Below are positions 1 to 11,200 of a stretch of 64,000 nucleotides of DNA, in pieces. The number at the start of each line of letters is the position of its first letter. The first letter of the stretch is position 1. The notes beneath the pieces were generated by a model, which saw only the letters and a list, made by a program, of their open reading frames with translations, was not told the DNA's origin and made no database searches. Position numbers and translations under genes: made by a program. The DNA lies in NCBI GenBank assembly GCA_002269645.1, contig NIVC01001671.1, positions 1-64,000 on the forward strand, read 5' to 3'. This DNA comes from Macrostomum lignano. Lineage: Eukaryota.

Positions 1-2831
1 TCTACTTCTCAGCCGGTCGACTGGTAATAGTTCGAAGTTGAGCGTTACTGTCCAGCAGACTGGCTAGCAACTCCAGATAACACCGCTTGTTATCGCCTGC
101 TACCTAAGCCGGCTAGATTTGCCGATGCTCGCTCCAGCTGTCAGAGTCTGGACGGCGATTTAGCGTCCTATCAGACTTCTGGTCAGCACGATTTTCTAGT
201 TAGCCTAGTTGCTAGCCTAGGTAGAAGAGCCGGCTTAGTCTGGCTTGGTTTGCAATGGGCCGGTAGCGCCTTTAATTGGCTGGACGGTTCCAAGGTGAAC
301 TTTCTGGTGTGGCTCACGCGCCATCTATACCGTCAACGCATTGTTTAGCTACTAGATACCATCCATTGCTAAGCAAATCTGGCTATCATTTAGCCGAGCT
401 GTGCAGCTTGCCTTTGCCGGCTCTGTGCCGTAGGCCGCTTACTGTGATACCGCCGTCTTCTCCGCAGCCTAAGATATGCAAGGATGGCTATGTAGCTTCA
501 ATGGAACTTGGTGTTATAGATTTCACAGTGCGGCGGCAGATTTTGAAACTGCTCAAACTAATTGTAAAAATGATAGCGCTGAACTACTTTGGTTGGAGGC
601 GTCGTCTGAGGTGAGCCTAATTAACTTAACTTTATGGAATAGATTCCGTGCTCGGTCAAATTCATCTGGTGCTTGTATGCACGAAAATCCGTCATCTGTG
701 ATCCCAGAGTCGTTGCAGATTACGCAGGTAAACTTGGAAGGAATGACTCTAAACTACTCTAAAACGACGAGATGTCATGGTATGGTACAAGCCGCCAAAA
801 AGTCAAAGAGTTGCTTAGAATCACTTTAAAGTGTTTTATTGCCTGCAAATCTGAAACGGCTTTAGGGCGACGCAGGTGATTTGCCCCCGTAAAGTGGTAT
901 TTAAGGCGATGCCACAGTCTGTAGAGTCGTTAGTTTGTGTTTGAAGCGCATTAGCATTGGTTGATGAATTAGAGTCGCATCTCTAGCGAAAGCTAGGCGC
1001 CAACACAACGATTCTTGGTCGACTCTTTCGCGACTCTACGATTCTACCACTGACGTGACGCGCTTTTGACGCAACAGTTGCCTCTCCGTCGCATTAGATG
1101 GATTCTAGTCTTTAAAAATTCACGAGTTGCCCCAGAGGCGATAGTCACTAGTGAGTTGTTGGCAATGACTCTAGCGATTCTTTTCAGAGTTGATGCTTTT
1201 TGCTTTAGACAATAGCGACTGTAGAAGTTCAAATGCTACATTTAGTTTATTGTAAACATTCTTATTCCTCTCTTTGTTGCCTGCCTCCCCAACGGGGTGC
1301 AGATTGCTAGTCCAATATACTAAAATCTACGACTAAGGGTCAATACCCTATTACCCTTCAATCCTAGCTATGAGTGCAAATATTTCAATAACGTACAGTC
1401 GACATTTAATAACAACAAAAAACATTTTCAGGTACATTTTATTCGCAGTTTGGCTTCATCAATCAGTAACCCGCCGCCCAGCGATATTTGGCTAAATTTG
1501 CGTTCCAACACTGAACAGATTACTGGCTTGAATTGGGCTACTGCTAGTAGTAGTGATAGCGACAAATTCAATCCTGTTCGATTCGACTATGTACTGCCAG
1601 AATTTCGTCATTACAACTTGGACAAACTGTCTGGTTGCTATGGTTACCGACTGTACAACAGGGCCACTCCGTCGGTCATGGGTTTGAATAGAATCAGCGG
1701 CGGTCCAGCCGAGGACTGCGGCAAGCCGAAACCATTCGTTTGTAAGGCTGCCGCTATTGCTGATTTGGCATCGCCAGACTCTGATACTAATCATAATAAA
1801 AACATCGGTTGCTATGGCGTTGCTAAGCGCTATTCCGGCTACGCTAGTCGATCTATAGACGGTCGAGAATGCGTTCGATGGGATTTAGTTAGATTGATCT
1901 ACGAGCAGACCGATGTTTATCGATTTTACAATAATACCAATGACTCGAATACGGCTATGCACCTGCTGCCGATAGGATCTCCGTTTGCTAGCGAGGTGGT
2001 GGATATTGAGACCGACAATAGTCAGGTTAGTTATGTGATGTCTGATAAAATAAGATTGAAATATAAAACTACTTAGCTGACGAGGCATTGTAGTTAATAA
2101 ATAAGTTTATGGTTACTCCTGCTGTTTACCCAAATTTCCAAAATATAAATATTTACTTTATTGTTGTTTATGTATTTTGGGCCTCTGCTGTATGTATGCC
2201 ATCCCGGTTTATTATTTTGTATAAACTAGTCAATGTAGTAATGTACATATCTTATGTGCCGATATGTATCGAAAAATAACTTCATGCATCGGTCTGTTTT
2301 CTATACTGTAGCTATCTCCGTCTGCCGATATGTATCGTAAGTAATATTTTTTTAACCTCACCCAAGGAAACCCTTGGCGAAGCGGCTAATTTCTGTCGCT
2401 CACCGCCAACATCTGTCACCGGCGGCGTCAACGGCTTGGCTCTGGGCGTCGGTCGGCCGGTCTGTTTCGCGCGTCACAACCTACCTGGCAACAAAAACTA
2501 CACATTAAAACTGGAATTCTGTCCGGTACCGTTGTGTCCGGGTGAATCTGAGGCCAACTCGGACCGACATGCCGAGCCAGACAGCCACCAGCATAGCGGC
2601 GGCGTCAGCATCGGTGTCCTGACTGTCATCGTGCTTGTCTGCGCGCTAGGCGTTGCCGGCGTTGGCGTTCTGGGCTTCTGCATCTGGAAGCGCGGCCGCT
2701 GGGCTGCCGGTTACCGACCGCAGTTGAATCTCGACGCCGGCTCTGGCGGCGGCGGCGTCTTTGGCGGCGTGAGCATCGGCGGCGGTGGCACCTCGTTTCA
2801 TAATCCGATTTATATGCCCGCTAACTGTTGA
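1..2831 (+). CDS. 5'-partial type I membrane protein: C-type lectin x2 + kringle + TM + cytoplasmic FxNPxY motif (exons <1-610, 1432-2025, 2367-2831; two apparent -1 frameshifts near 301 and 481)
   Basis: Frame 1 from about 31 reads YCPADWLATPDNTACYRLLPKPARFADARSSCQSLDGDLAS...VWLGLQWAGSAFNWLDGSKVN (CTLD1). It continues in frame 3 (THCLA...AELCSLPLPALCRRP), then frame 2 gives GWLCSFNGTWCYRF...FETAQTNCKNDSAELLWLEASSE (CTLD2). Donor GAG|GTGAGC at 610/611 and acceptor TTTTCAG|1432 (phase 0) give EASSE-VHFIRSL..DIWLNL..DCGKPKPFVCK. A six-Cys kringle (GCY..GRECVRW..|NFCRSP..PVCF..EFCPVPLC) spans intron 2026-2366 (phase 0). TM IGVLTVIVLVCALGVAGVGVLGFCIW, then tail ending FHNPIYMPANC*. Confidence 0.8.
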
Positions 2832-2883
2832 CTGGATGCTGGGCTTGGTTGAGGCTGGCATTGTTGGGTCAATTTTGGGGTCT

Positions 2884-4155
2884 GGCACATTGATATCTGA
2901 ACAGTCTGACACTTTGATATCTGAACAGTCTGACACTTTGATATCTGAACAGTCTGACACTTTGATATCTAAACAATCTGACACTTTGATATCTAAACAG
3001 TCTGACACTTTGATATCTAAACAGTCTGACACTTTGATATCTAAACAGTCTGACACTTTGATATCTAAACAGTCTGACACTTTGATATCTAAACAGTCTG
3101 ACACTTTGATATCTAAACAGTCTGACACTTTGATATCTAAACAATCTGACACTTTGATATCTAAACAGTCTGACACTTTGATATCTAAACAGTCTGACAC
3201 TTTGATATCTAAACAGTCTGACACTTTGATATCTGAACAGTCTGACACTTTGATATCTAAACAATCTGACACTTTGATATCTAAACAGTCTGACACTTTG
3301 ATATCTAAACAGTCTGACACTTTGATATCTAAACAGTCTGACACTTTGATATCTAAACAGTCTGACACTTTGATATCTGAACAGTCTGACACTTTGATAT
3401 CTAAACAGCCTGTCACTTTGATGTATATCTTGTCTGACACTTTGATGTCTATATAGTCTGACACGTTGATATCTATGCAGTCTGACACATTGTGATCTAT
3501 ATAGCCTGACACATTAATATCCATATAGTCCGACACATAGATGTCTATATAGTCGGACAGACATAGTCTGACTTTGATGTCTGTATAGTTTAACACATTT
3601 TGATCTATATAGTCTTGACACATTGTGATTTATATAGTCTGACACATTGTTGTCTATATAGTCTGACACATTGATATCTATATAGTCTGACACTTTGATA
3701 TCTATACAGTCTGACACATTGTTGTCTATATAGTCTGACGCATTGATATATATATATATATATATATAGTCTGACACATTGGTATCTCTATTGTCTGACA
3801 CATTAGTATCTAAATAGTCTGACACATTGTTGTCTATATAGTCTGACACATTGATATCTATATAGTCTGACACTTTGATATCTATACAGTCTGACACATT
3901 GTTGTCTATAAAGTCTGACGCATTGATATATATATATATATATAGTCTGACACATTGGTATCTCTATTGTCTGACACATTAGTATCTAAATAGTCTGACA
4001 CATTGTTGTCTATATAGTCTGACACATTGATATCTATATAGTCTGACACTTTGATATCTATACAGATATCTATACAGTCTGACACATTGTTGTCTATATA
4101 GTCTGACGCATTGTTGTCTATATAGTCTGACACATTGTTGTCTATATAGTCTGAC
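2884..4155. repeat. 24-bp minisatellite (TCTGACACTTTGATATCTAAACAG)n, homogeneous to ~3420 then degenerate with (TA)n
   Basis: Direct tandem copies visible; starts about 55 bp after the lectin-kringle stop codon; source of the SDTLISKQ / DCLDIKVS ORFs. Confidence 0.95.
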
Positions 4156-4627
4156 TCGAAAATGCTTCTAGGATGATTAATTAATACCGCTTGTTATACT
4201 TAACACCATGCCCTTTTTAACTTTAGTAAGTCCTCTTTTTCCTTTAAGTGAAGCAGCCCCGAATTTCACAGCTGTACATCGGAGAAATGTATAATCAGCT
4301 GACACAAACTCTTTCGCCATAATTTTGTTTTGCACAATACTGACTGACACACGCAGAAGCATTATATCTGGATTTTTATTCTAATTAATTAGCTATTTAT
4401 GTGCCGTATATCACTTGTAACAAGTTGTAAAATTACCTTCAACAGATTTCATAGTTTAGCTTTTTTTCTACGTATGTTATTCCTTTATAGTTAAACTATC
4501 GTTAAAACAACCCGTTTTACAGTTGCTAGGAACTTGAGCTTGTACTGTTTTTGCTTTTTTGTTACGCTAACGAGTTAGACTTGTGTTAATATTAGTTGGA
4601 TTTTAATTGCAAAAGGTATTTTAGCTA

Positions 4628-5325
4628 CTTTATCACTTCACAGGGAGTGTCAGTTGCTGCTCCAGCCTCCCAGATCCTCAGTTGCTGGGCCAGCCTCCCA
4701 GTGTCAGTTGCTGGGCCAGCCTCCCAGATCCCCAGTTGCTGGACCAGCCTCCCAGATCCCCAGTTGCTGGGCCAGCCTCCCAGATCCTCAGTTGCTGAGC
4801 CAGCCTCCCAGATCCTCAGTTGCTGAGCCAGCCTCCCAGATCCTCAGTTGCTGAGCCAGCCTCCCAGATCCTCAGTTGCTGGGACAGCCTCCCAGATCCT
4901 CAGTTGCTGGGCCAGCCTCCCAGATCCTCAGTTGCTGGGACAGCCTCCCAGATCCTCAGTTGCTGGACATGCAGCCTCCCAGATCCTCAGTTGCTGAGCC
5001 AGCCTCCCAGATCCTCAGTTGCTGGGACAGCCTCCCAGATCCTCAGTTTCTGGGCCAGCCTCCCAGATCCTCAGTTGCTGGGACATGCAGCCTCCCAGAT
5101 CCTCAGTTGCTGAGCCAGCCTCCCAGAGTGTCAGTTGCTGGGCCAGCCTCCCAGATCCCCAGTTGTTGGGCCAGCCTCCCAGATCCTCAGTTGCTGGGCC
5201 AGCCTCCCAGACCCTCAGTTGCTGAGCCAGCCTCCCAGAGTGTCAGTTGCTGAGCCAACCTCCCAGATCGTCAGTTGCTGAGCCAGCCTCCCAGATCCTC
5301 AGTTGCTGGGCCAGCCTCCCAGATC
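4628..5325 (+). repeat. 28-bp minisatellite family (CCCAGATCCTCAGTTGCTGGGCCAGCCT)n, array 1
   Basis: Tandem copies visible; same unit recurs at 6157-6452 and 49290-50380. Confidence 0.95.
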
Positions 5326-6156
5326 TTCTATTACATATTTTAGTCAACACAGTTAAAAACTGTATTTTTAACCTGGTGAATCTGTAATTAGTAAAAGCAC
5401 TAAATCAAATATTAAAGCACTTTTATCGCATGTATTTTATTTTTTTGCCTTGAATTTCTTAATGTAAATTTGTCAATACATTTTAAAGCTTTCCTTTGAT
5501 CTCATTGCTATTGGATTGGCACCCAGTCTCATCTCTATCAAGCAGTTGTAACTTCGTATTACATTCTAGAACTAACACCACTCTGTCACGTGCTGCGTTA
5601 ATGCTTTTCTCTTCTTGTGCGTCAAACTCTATTATTCTATTTCGTTAGTTTTATACTACTTAGTAATTGAATTCCCGGCTTCAGTAGTACGCTGCGCCTA
5701 TGTAACCAATACGAACTATTTTTGTGTGATTTTTGCCCGTTCACCTGCAGATGTTTTTATTCAGTTTCTATATTTTTTCTTCAATATATTTTAAACGCAT
5801 TGTTTCATGTAGTACAGCTGCGTTAGGCACCCTTTTTTGTCTGACCTCTACTTCTGTCCGATTTCTCTTCTACTGCTACTTGAAGTACTATAAAGTTCAG
5901 CTGCGTATACTAGCAATTACTTGTAGATCGCTTAGCCCAGAGAGTGATTCACTTGTTAAAACAATTTGTCTATCAAAGAGGAAATTAAAAATTACAATAA
6001 TTTTTCCCGGCCCGCCCGGCTTTCCTGTTTTTGTTTTGTTCTTTGTTGTCATGACTTCTTCTTTGTTACTTTTTCATTTTGGCGAATAGACTGTTTTGCT
6101 GTGTTTTAGATAGTTCGTCTTTCTGTTAAGACTCCATTCTGCACTATCCTTCTCAA

Positions 6157-6452
6157 ATCCTCAGTTGCTGGGCCAGCCTCCCAGAGTGTCAGTTGCTGGG
6201 CCAGCCTCCCAGATCCTCAGTTGCTGGACCAGCCCCCAGATCCCCAGTTGCTGGACCAGCCTCCCAGATCCTCAGTTGCTGGGCCAGCCTCCCAGATCCC
6301 CAGTTGCTGGGCCAGCCTCCCAGATCCCCAGTTGCTGGGCCAGCCTCCCAGAGTGTCATCAGTTGCTGGGCCAGCCTCCCAGATCCCCAGTTGCTGGACC
6401 AGCATCCTCTCAGATCCCCAGTTGTTGGGGCCAGTCTCCCAGATCCCCAATT
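6157..6452 (+). repeat. 28-bp minisatellite family, array 2
   Basis: Same unit as 4628-5325. Confidence 0.95.
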
Positions 6453-7007
6453 GCAGGGCTGTTGGCCACTCAAAAGTTTCCTCATAGGCTTCCTCATATC
6501 CATCCAGTTCATTTTAAGTGCGCCAGTTCACCCATCACTAAGTCTTGGCAAAGTGAGTTAGTGCTCAATTTCTTATTAAATCCTGCAGTTGATGATAAGA
6601 AAGGATTCTGAAGTGTAGAGTATAGTAAGTCACTCTATTGACCGTTTTTGCTTCCAGTCCTTATCTGGGTTTTTTGCTCTGAATTTCCTATTTTAACCGT
6701 CATTTGCTATCTATCAGGGCTTCTAGATCGTTTCATGCAGCTCCTGCACTCCGTGGCCAATGGGAGATTTGGTAGAAATCTCCCATTCGAGAAATTTCGA
6801 AACGGGCATCAACTTCTTCGTGCATTTTCTGGCGATATTTAGGAGAGGCCGATGAATTTTAGATTTGACTGGTTTTTTGCTGCAGTTTTGCATCTATAAG
6901 TTGAGTTTGAATTGTCTTCCTAGTGAGCGTAAGTGCTAATCTGCATCAGTTTTTTTGGGACCAACCCTCAAGGCACAAAAAGTTTACATGCTTGACGACA
7001 TACTTGA

Positions 7008-7322
7008 GAGGGGGGTTGTAGTTAGAGCGTCAGACTCACGACTTGAAAGGTCGGGGGTTCGATTCTCGACCCATTCGGAACAATTTGTGTCCTTGAGCAA
7101 GACACTTAACTCTGCATTGCTTCAGTTCACCCAGAGCTGTAAAATGGGTGCCAGCATTAGCTGGGGTAATTGAGGCTGAGTGTGGCGACCCCCCCCCCAG
7201 TCCTTGGACTGAACAGCCGTACGCAGCCTTCAGATGCGCCGCGCAATAGCTGCGGCTGAGCTGTCGGTTGCACATCTGTCCGAATTGGGGCGCTGTACCT
7301 CCTGTGTGAGCGAGTGTGCGTG
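7008..7322 (+). mobile_element. tRNA-derived SINE with CORE-like central domain, copy 1
   Basis: tRNA-like head (GTTGTAGTTAGAGCGTCAGACT... B box GGTTCGATTCT) followed by GTGTCCTTGAGCAAGACACTTAACTCTG...CTTCAGTT...CTGTAAAATGGG, resembling the CORE/MIR domain (CCTTGGGCAAGTCACTTAACCTCTCTG..CCTCAGTTT..CTGTAAAATGGG). A closely similar inverted copy lies at 62297-62578. Confidence 0.8.
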
Positions 7323-7949
7323 CTTTGGTTGTCTTTGCCACAGCATAAGACGCACAGTAGGCACAGTAGGCATGGGTTAATTTGACTTCCAACTGGTATA
7401 GTGCGCAAATAGCATATATGCATGTTTCCTATGGGTTCTAGAATGAATAAGGTCTGTTGTTAGCTAAGCTGGCTTCAGAATATTGTTCAGTCGTGTATCA
7501 ATTTACCGATCTTTCTGTCTTATACTAATTTTTTGTATATTAATTCTACTTAGTCTTTTCCTACATATAGCTGCGTTTTCAATTGAAAAAAAAATGATGC
7601 AAAAGTCAAGTGCACAAATAATGGCTTCTTTGGCTTCTAATTTGATCATTCAGCTCTGTCCCTAACCCACTGTTTCTTCGCCTCCCTGTCTCTCTCCTTC
7701 TCTTCATTATATATATATCTAGGCAAGCTGGAATAATTTTATCTAACTAGTTCCTCATAATATAGCCTTTTACAATGAATGCTAAAAAGAATACGGCATA
7801 CAATAACAAAAGATTTAGTGTTGCTGAATTGAAATTGCATTGGGATGCCTTGGCTTTAAAGACGTCTGCTGTGCTGTGAGTAATAATCAAGGATTGTGAA
7901 TGCTCTTTTAGGATACTTTTTAGTTGGAGGCAGGGGGGTTGTGTACACC

Positions 7950-8072
7950 TACCGGCGAGAGGCATTGCTGCCCATTCCGCCGACTCCCCTGAGCAGGCAC
8001 ACAAACGCGCGGATACGTACGCAGTCATACGCACAGGCACACACTTACACAGGAGTGCACAGCGGTCCTAAC
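7950..8072 (-). mobile_element. Dispersed ~120-bp repeat, probable 3' tail fragment of the SINE
   Basis: Reverse complement (GTTAGGACCGCTGTGCACTCCTGTGTAAGTGTGTGCCTGTGCGTATGACTGCGTACGTATCCGCGCG...) matches 63039-63157. Its first ~35 nt resemble 7288-7322 at the end of SINE copy 1. Confidence 0.7.
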
Positions 8073-8130
8073 TTTATTTATCGTTAGGCATGTACATTTC
8101 ACTGTGCCTTGGGTCTGGCACTCAAAGGTG

Positions 8131-8229
8131 TTAACTTGCACGAGCAGAGCCAAGCCGAAATTCCAGTTTAGCCTCAAAATGAATGCGACTGCACTTGGAA
8201 TCGAGCCTGGGTCGCTGGCACATCAGGGC
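8131..8229 (-). mobile_element. Second dispersed short repeat family, copy 1 (B-box-like GGCTCGATTCC)
   Basis: Reverse complement GCCCTGATGTGCCAGCGACCCAGGCTCGATTCCAAGTGCAGTCGCATT...GGCTTGGCTCTGCTCGTGCAA matches 20822-20919. Confidence 0.7.
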
Positions 8230-8291
8230 GCCCCCCCCCCCCCGAGGAGTAGCTCTGGGATTGTTTAAGTTATTAAAATGTAAAATTCTAA

Positions 8292-11200
8292 ATGCGAAAC
8301 GCTAAAAGCAGCCGATCCAAAAAAACTTGCAGCCCAAAATCTGGCCGCCCATTGTCGGGTCGTCGCCAATTGCCGCCGCTACCAATCGATACAACAATGT
8401 CCACTGCAGTAGCAACACCTGATCTGGCGTCAACTAATAACAATGCTACTTTTAGTAGCAGTTCGGATGAAGCCGTTAAAAATCAATGGCGACCCTGCGC
8501 AGAGTGGCTGTTCCGGTGCTTAGAAAATGTGCCGGATATTTTGCAGACTGCTCAGACTGTGCTTGGCGATCCGCAGGCTACAGTGGTGGATCTGCTGAGC
8601 TTATTAAAGGATGGCATTTTACTGTGCCACATCCTGCCGGCGCTCAGCTGCAACGACATCACTCTGAAAACTCTTGACGGATTCAAACTGATGACGCTGA
8701 ATTCTCCGTTCGTATTTAAAAAGAATATTGGCGCTTTTCTGAATCAGTGCGAATCTTATTTCGGTTTAAAACGATCTGACCTGTTTCGCGCCGAGGATCT
8801 GCTTGAACAGGAGAATATAATTGGCATTATTGATGCGCTGTCAACCTTGTCCAGGTGTCCCAGGGCTAGGCAGAGTGGCATTGCCGGGTTCGAAATTGCC
8901 CGATGCAGTCCGCAGGCGGAGTCAGACTATTACAGTTTTGTTGCAGACTCAGTGCCGGAGCCAGCGCCTGTGCACAGCAGGCACCGGCTGCAGCAGAAAC
9001 ACGGTACAGACCAGCAGCAGCAGCAGCAGCAGTTGAACCAAGCAATTGCTGATGTCAGTCTCGACACCAGCGGCGTCAGCAGCTGCTGCTCTCAACAAGT
9101 CGAAGAGAAAGTCTACGATTGCATCATCAACTTGAGGGGGAAGCAGCCACAGCAGCCTCAGCAGCAGCAACAGAAGCAACAGCAACAACAGCAGCAGCAG
9201 CAGCAGCCGGTCAAAGGTCTGACACCGCAGGATCTGTGCATCCAGGAGATGGTAGACACCGAACGTAACTACGTTGAGACACTTCGTCTCCTGGTAGAAG
9301 ACGTGATGCAGCCAATGAAAGCCAAGCAGTCGGCTTGGTCAGCCGATGAAGTCGATACAATATTCAAATTTCTGCCCGAGCTGTCCAGCTTGCATCAGAA
9401 ACTGCTGCAGGAGCTTCAAATTGCTGTAGTGTTGAAGCCTGAGCACGCTAAGTCTCTGCCTCAAGTGTTCAGCTCATTCAAAGACCGGATGCTGGTTTAT
9501 GGTCAGTACAGCGGCCACTTGGCCAGGGCGCAGAAGCTGGTTGAGAACGCTTGCAAATGCGACAAGCGTAAAAGCGACGAATTGCAACAGCATCTCAGCA
9601 ATTGTCGGGCATTGTTTAAACTGAGCGAATATCTCACCGTACCGGTGCAACGGGTGCTCAAGTATCACCTGCTACTCCGCAGCCTCATCAGTATTGAAGA
9701 GAAGCTGGCAGCTCAGCCGCAGCAGCAGCAGTCAGCTTCCCAATTAGATTTATCCCAATTACGCGAAGCTCACGAAGCGATGTGCGAAGTTGCGGACTAT
9801 GTTAACGAAGTGAAACGCGACCTGGAAATGATGGCATTGATTGATCAGATTCAGAACACCATTGACGATTTAGACCTGCCACCCTCTATGCGACTCATCG
9901 ATTATGGCCGCTTGCAGATTGACGAAGAATTGAAGGTGGCTAACGATCCTAACAGGCCTACTTCCGGTAGTAAATTGCGCTACTGTTTCCTATGGAACCG
10001 GATCTGCATGCTGGTAAAGAGTCGGGGACCCGGCAAAGAAGGCTACATATTTAAAAATGTGTTCGCCATTAAAACCGATCTGGTTATTAAACCGATTGAC
10101 TGCCCGCCGACTGGGAAGAAGAGCGTTGCACAGCTGCAACAGACGGTGAGGCTTCCGGCTTGTGCTGCTTTTTTATTTGTTTATTGGCTTCTTTATTCTT
10201 TAGACTTCTCAGAGTCTTATTTAAGACTGTCTAAGGTGAGATTAGATATTATCTATAGATTGACAATTCGTTAAGGTGAGAAAGGAGATTCTGTAGAGTA
10301 GGATAGGAGATTCTATGGGGTGTGATAAGAGATTTTATAGGGTGAGATTAGAGATTCTATAGGTTAGAATAGGATAGGAGATTCTATGGGGTGAGATAAA
10401 AGATTCTATCTAGAGTAAGATAGGATAAGAGATTCTGTGTAGAGTAAGATAGGAGATTCTAAGGGGTGAGATAAGAGATTCTATAGGGTGAAAAAGAAGA
10501 TTGTTTAGAGTGAGATAATAGTTTTTTTAGGGTGCGATTAGACATTCTTTAGGGTGAGTTCGGAGATTCTTTATTGGAAGACTGGAGTTTTTAGGGTTAG
10601 ATTGGAGATTCCATAATTCCATAGGTTGAGATCATAGGTTCTTTAGGGTGAGATTAGGCATTTTTATCGTGAGATTAGAGATCGTATGGAATGAGATAGT
10701 GGGGCTACAAATCGCTAATAATTGCCACTGCAGACTGCTCAGCAGCAGGTGTCACCCCAGCAACAGCAGCAGCCGCAACCTGCTGGCAACACCAAATGGA
10801 CCTGGCTGTTCTCAGTCAGCGACCAGCCGCAACCGCAACAGCAGCAGCAGCAGCAGCAGGGCTCCAAAGACGGCATCAACATGGTGTTCATAGCCAAGAC
10901 CAAGGAGTCCCGGCGGCGCTGGCTGGAAGCATTCCAGCGCTCTAAAGAGGTGCTCGCTCCGCCGAATTTCAACATGTTTGGCCACTACTTCGAGCCGGCC
11001 ACGTTCGATCTGCCAACCTATTGTTCGGTGTGCAATAGGCTCATTCTTGGCTGCTTCTATCAGGGCTACAGGTGCAGGAAGACTGGCAAGAAAGTGCATC
11101 CTGCCTGCATTCCCAGCCGGCCCGATCGGTCCAATTCTGAGATCATTGCGCCGCGCTTTGGCGAATTTGGCGCCGGCGCCAATTCCGCGCCAGGAGGTCC

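Noticed and set aside
2646-4133. DCLDIKVS / SDTLISKQ repeat ORFs
   Set aside because: Translations of the 24-bp array downstream of the lectin-kringle stop; no unique coding sequence.
4596-6611. Many overlapping PPRSSVAGPASQ ORFs (also 49245-50434) and a possible CRISPR-like 28-bp repeat
   Set aside because: Contiguous tandem units with no unique spacers and no cas genes, in a eukaryotic context.
7008-7075. tRNA gene
   Set aside because: The A-box/D-arm is defective, no cloverleaf is evident, and it continues into a CORE-like body with a second copy, so it is a SINE head.
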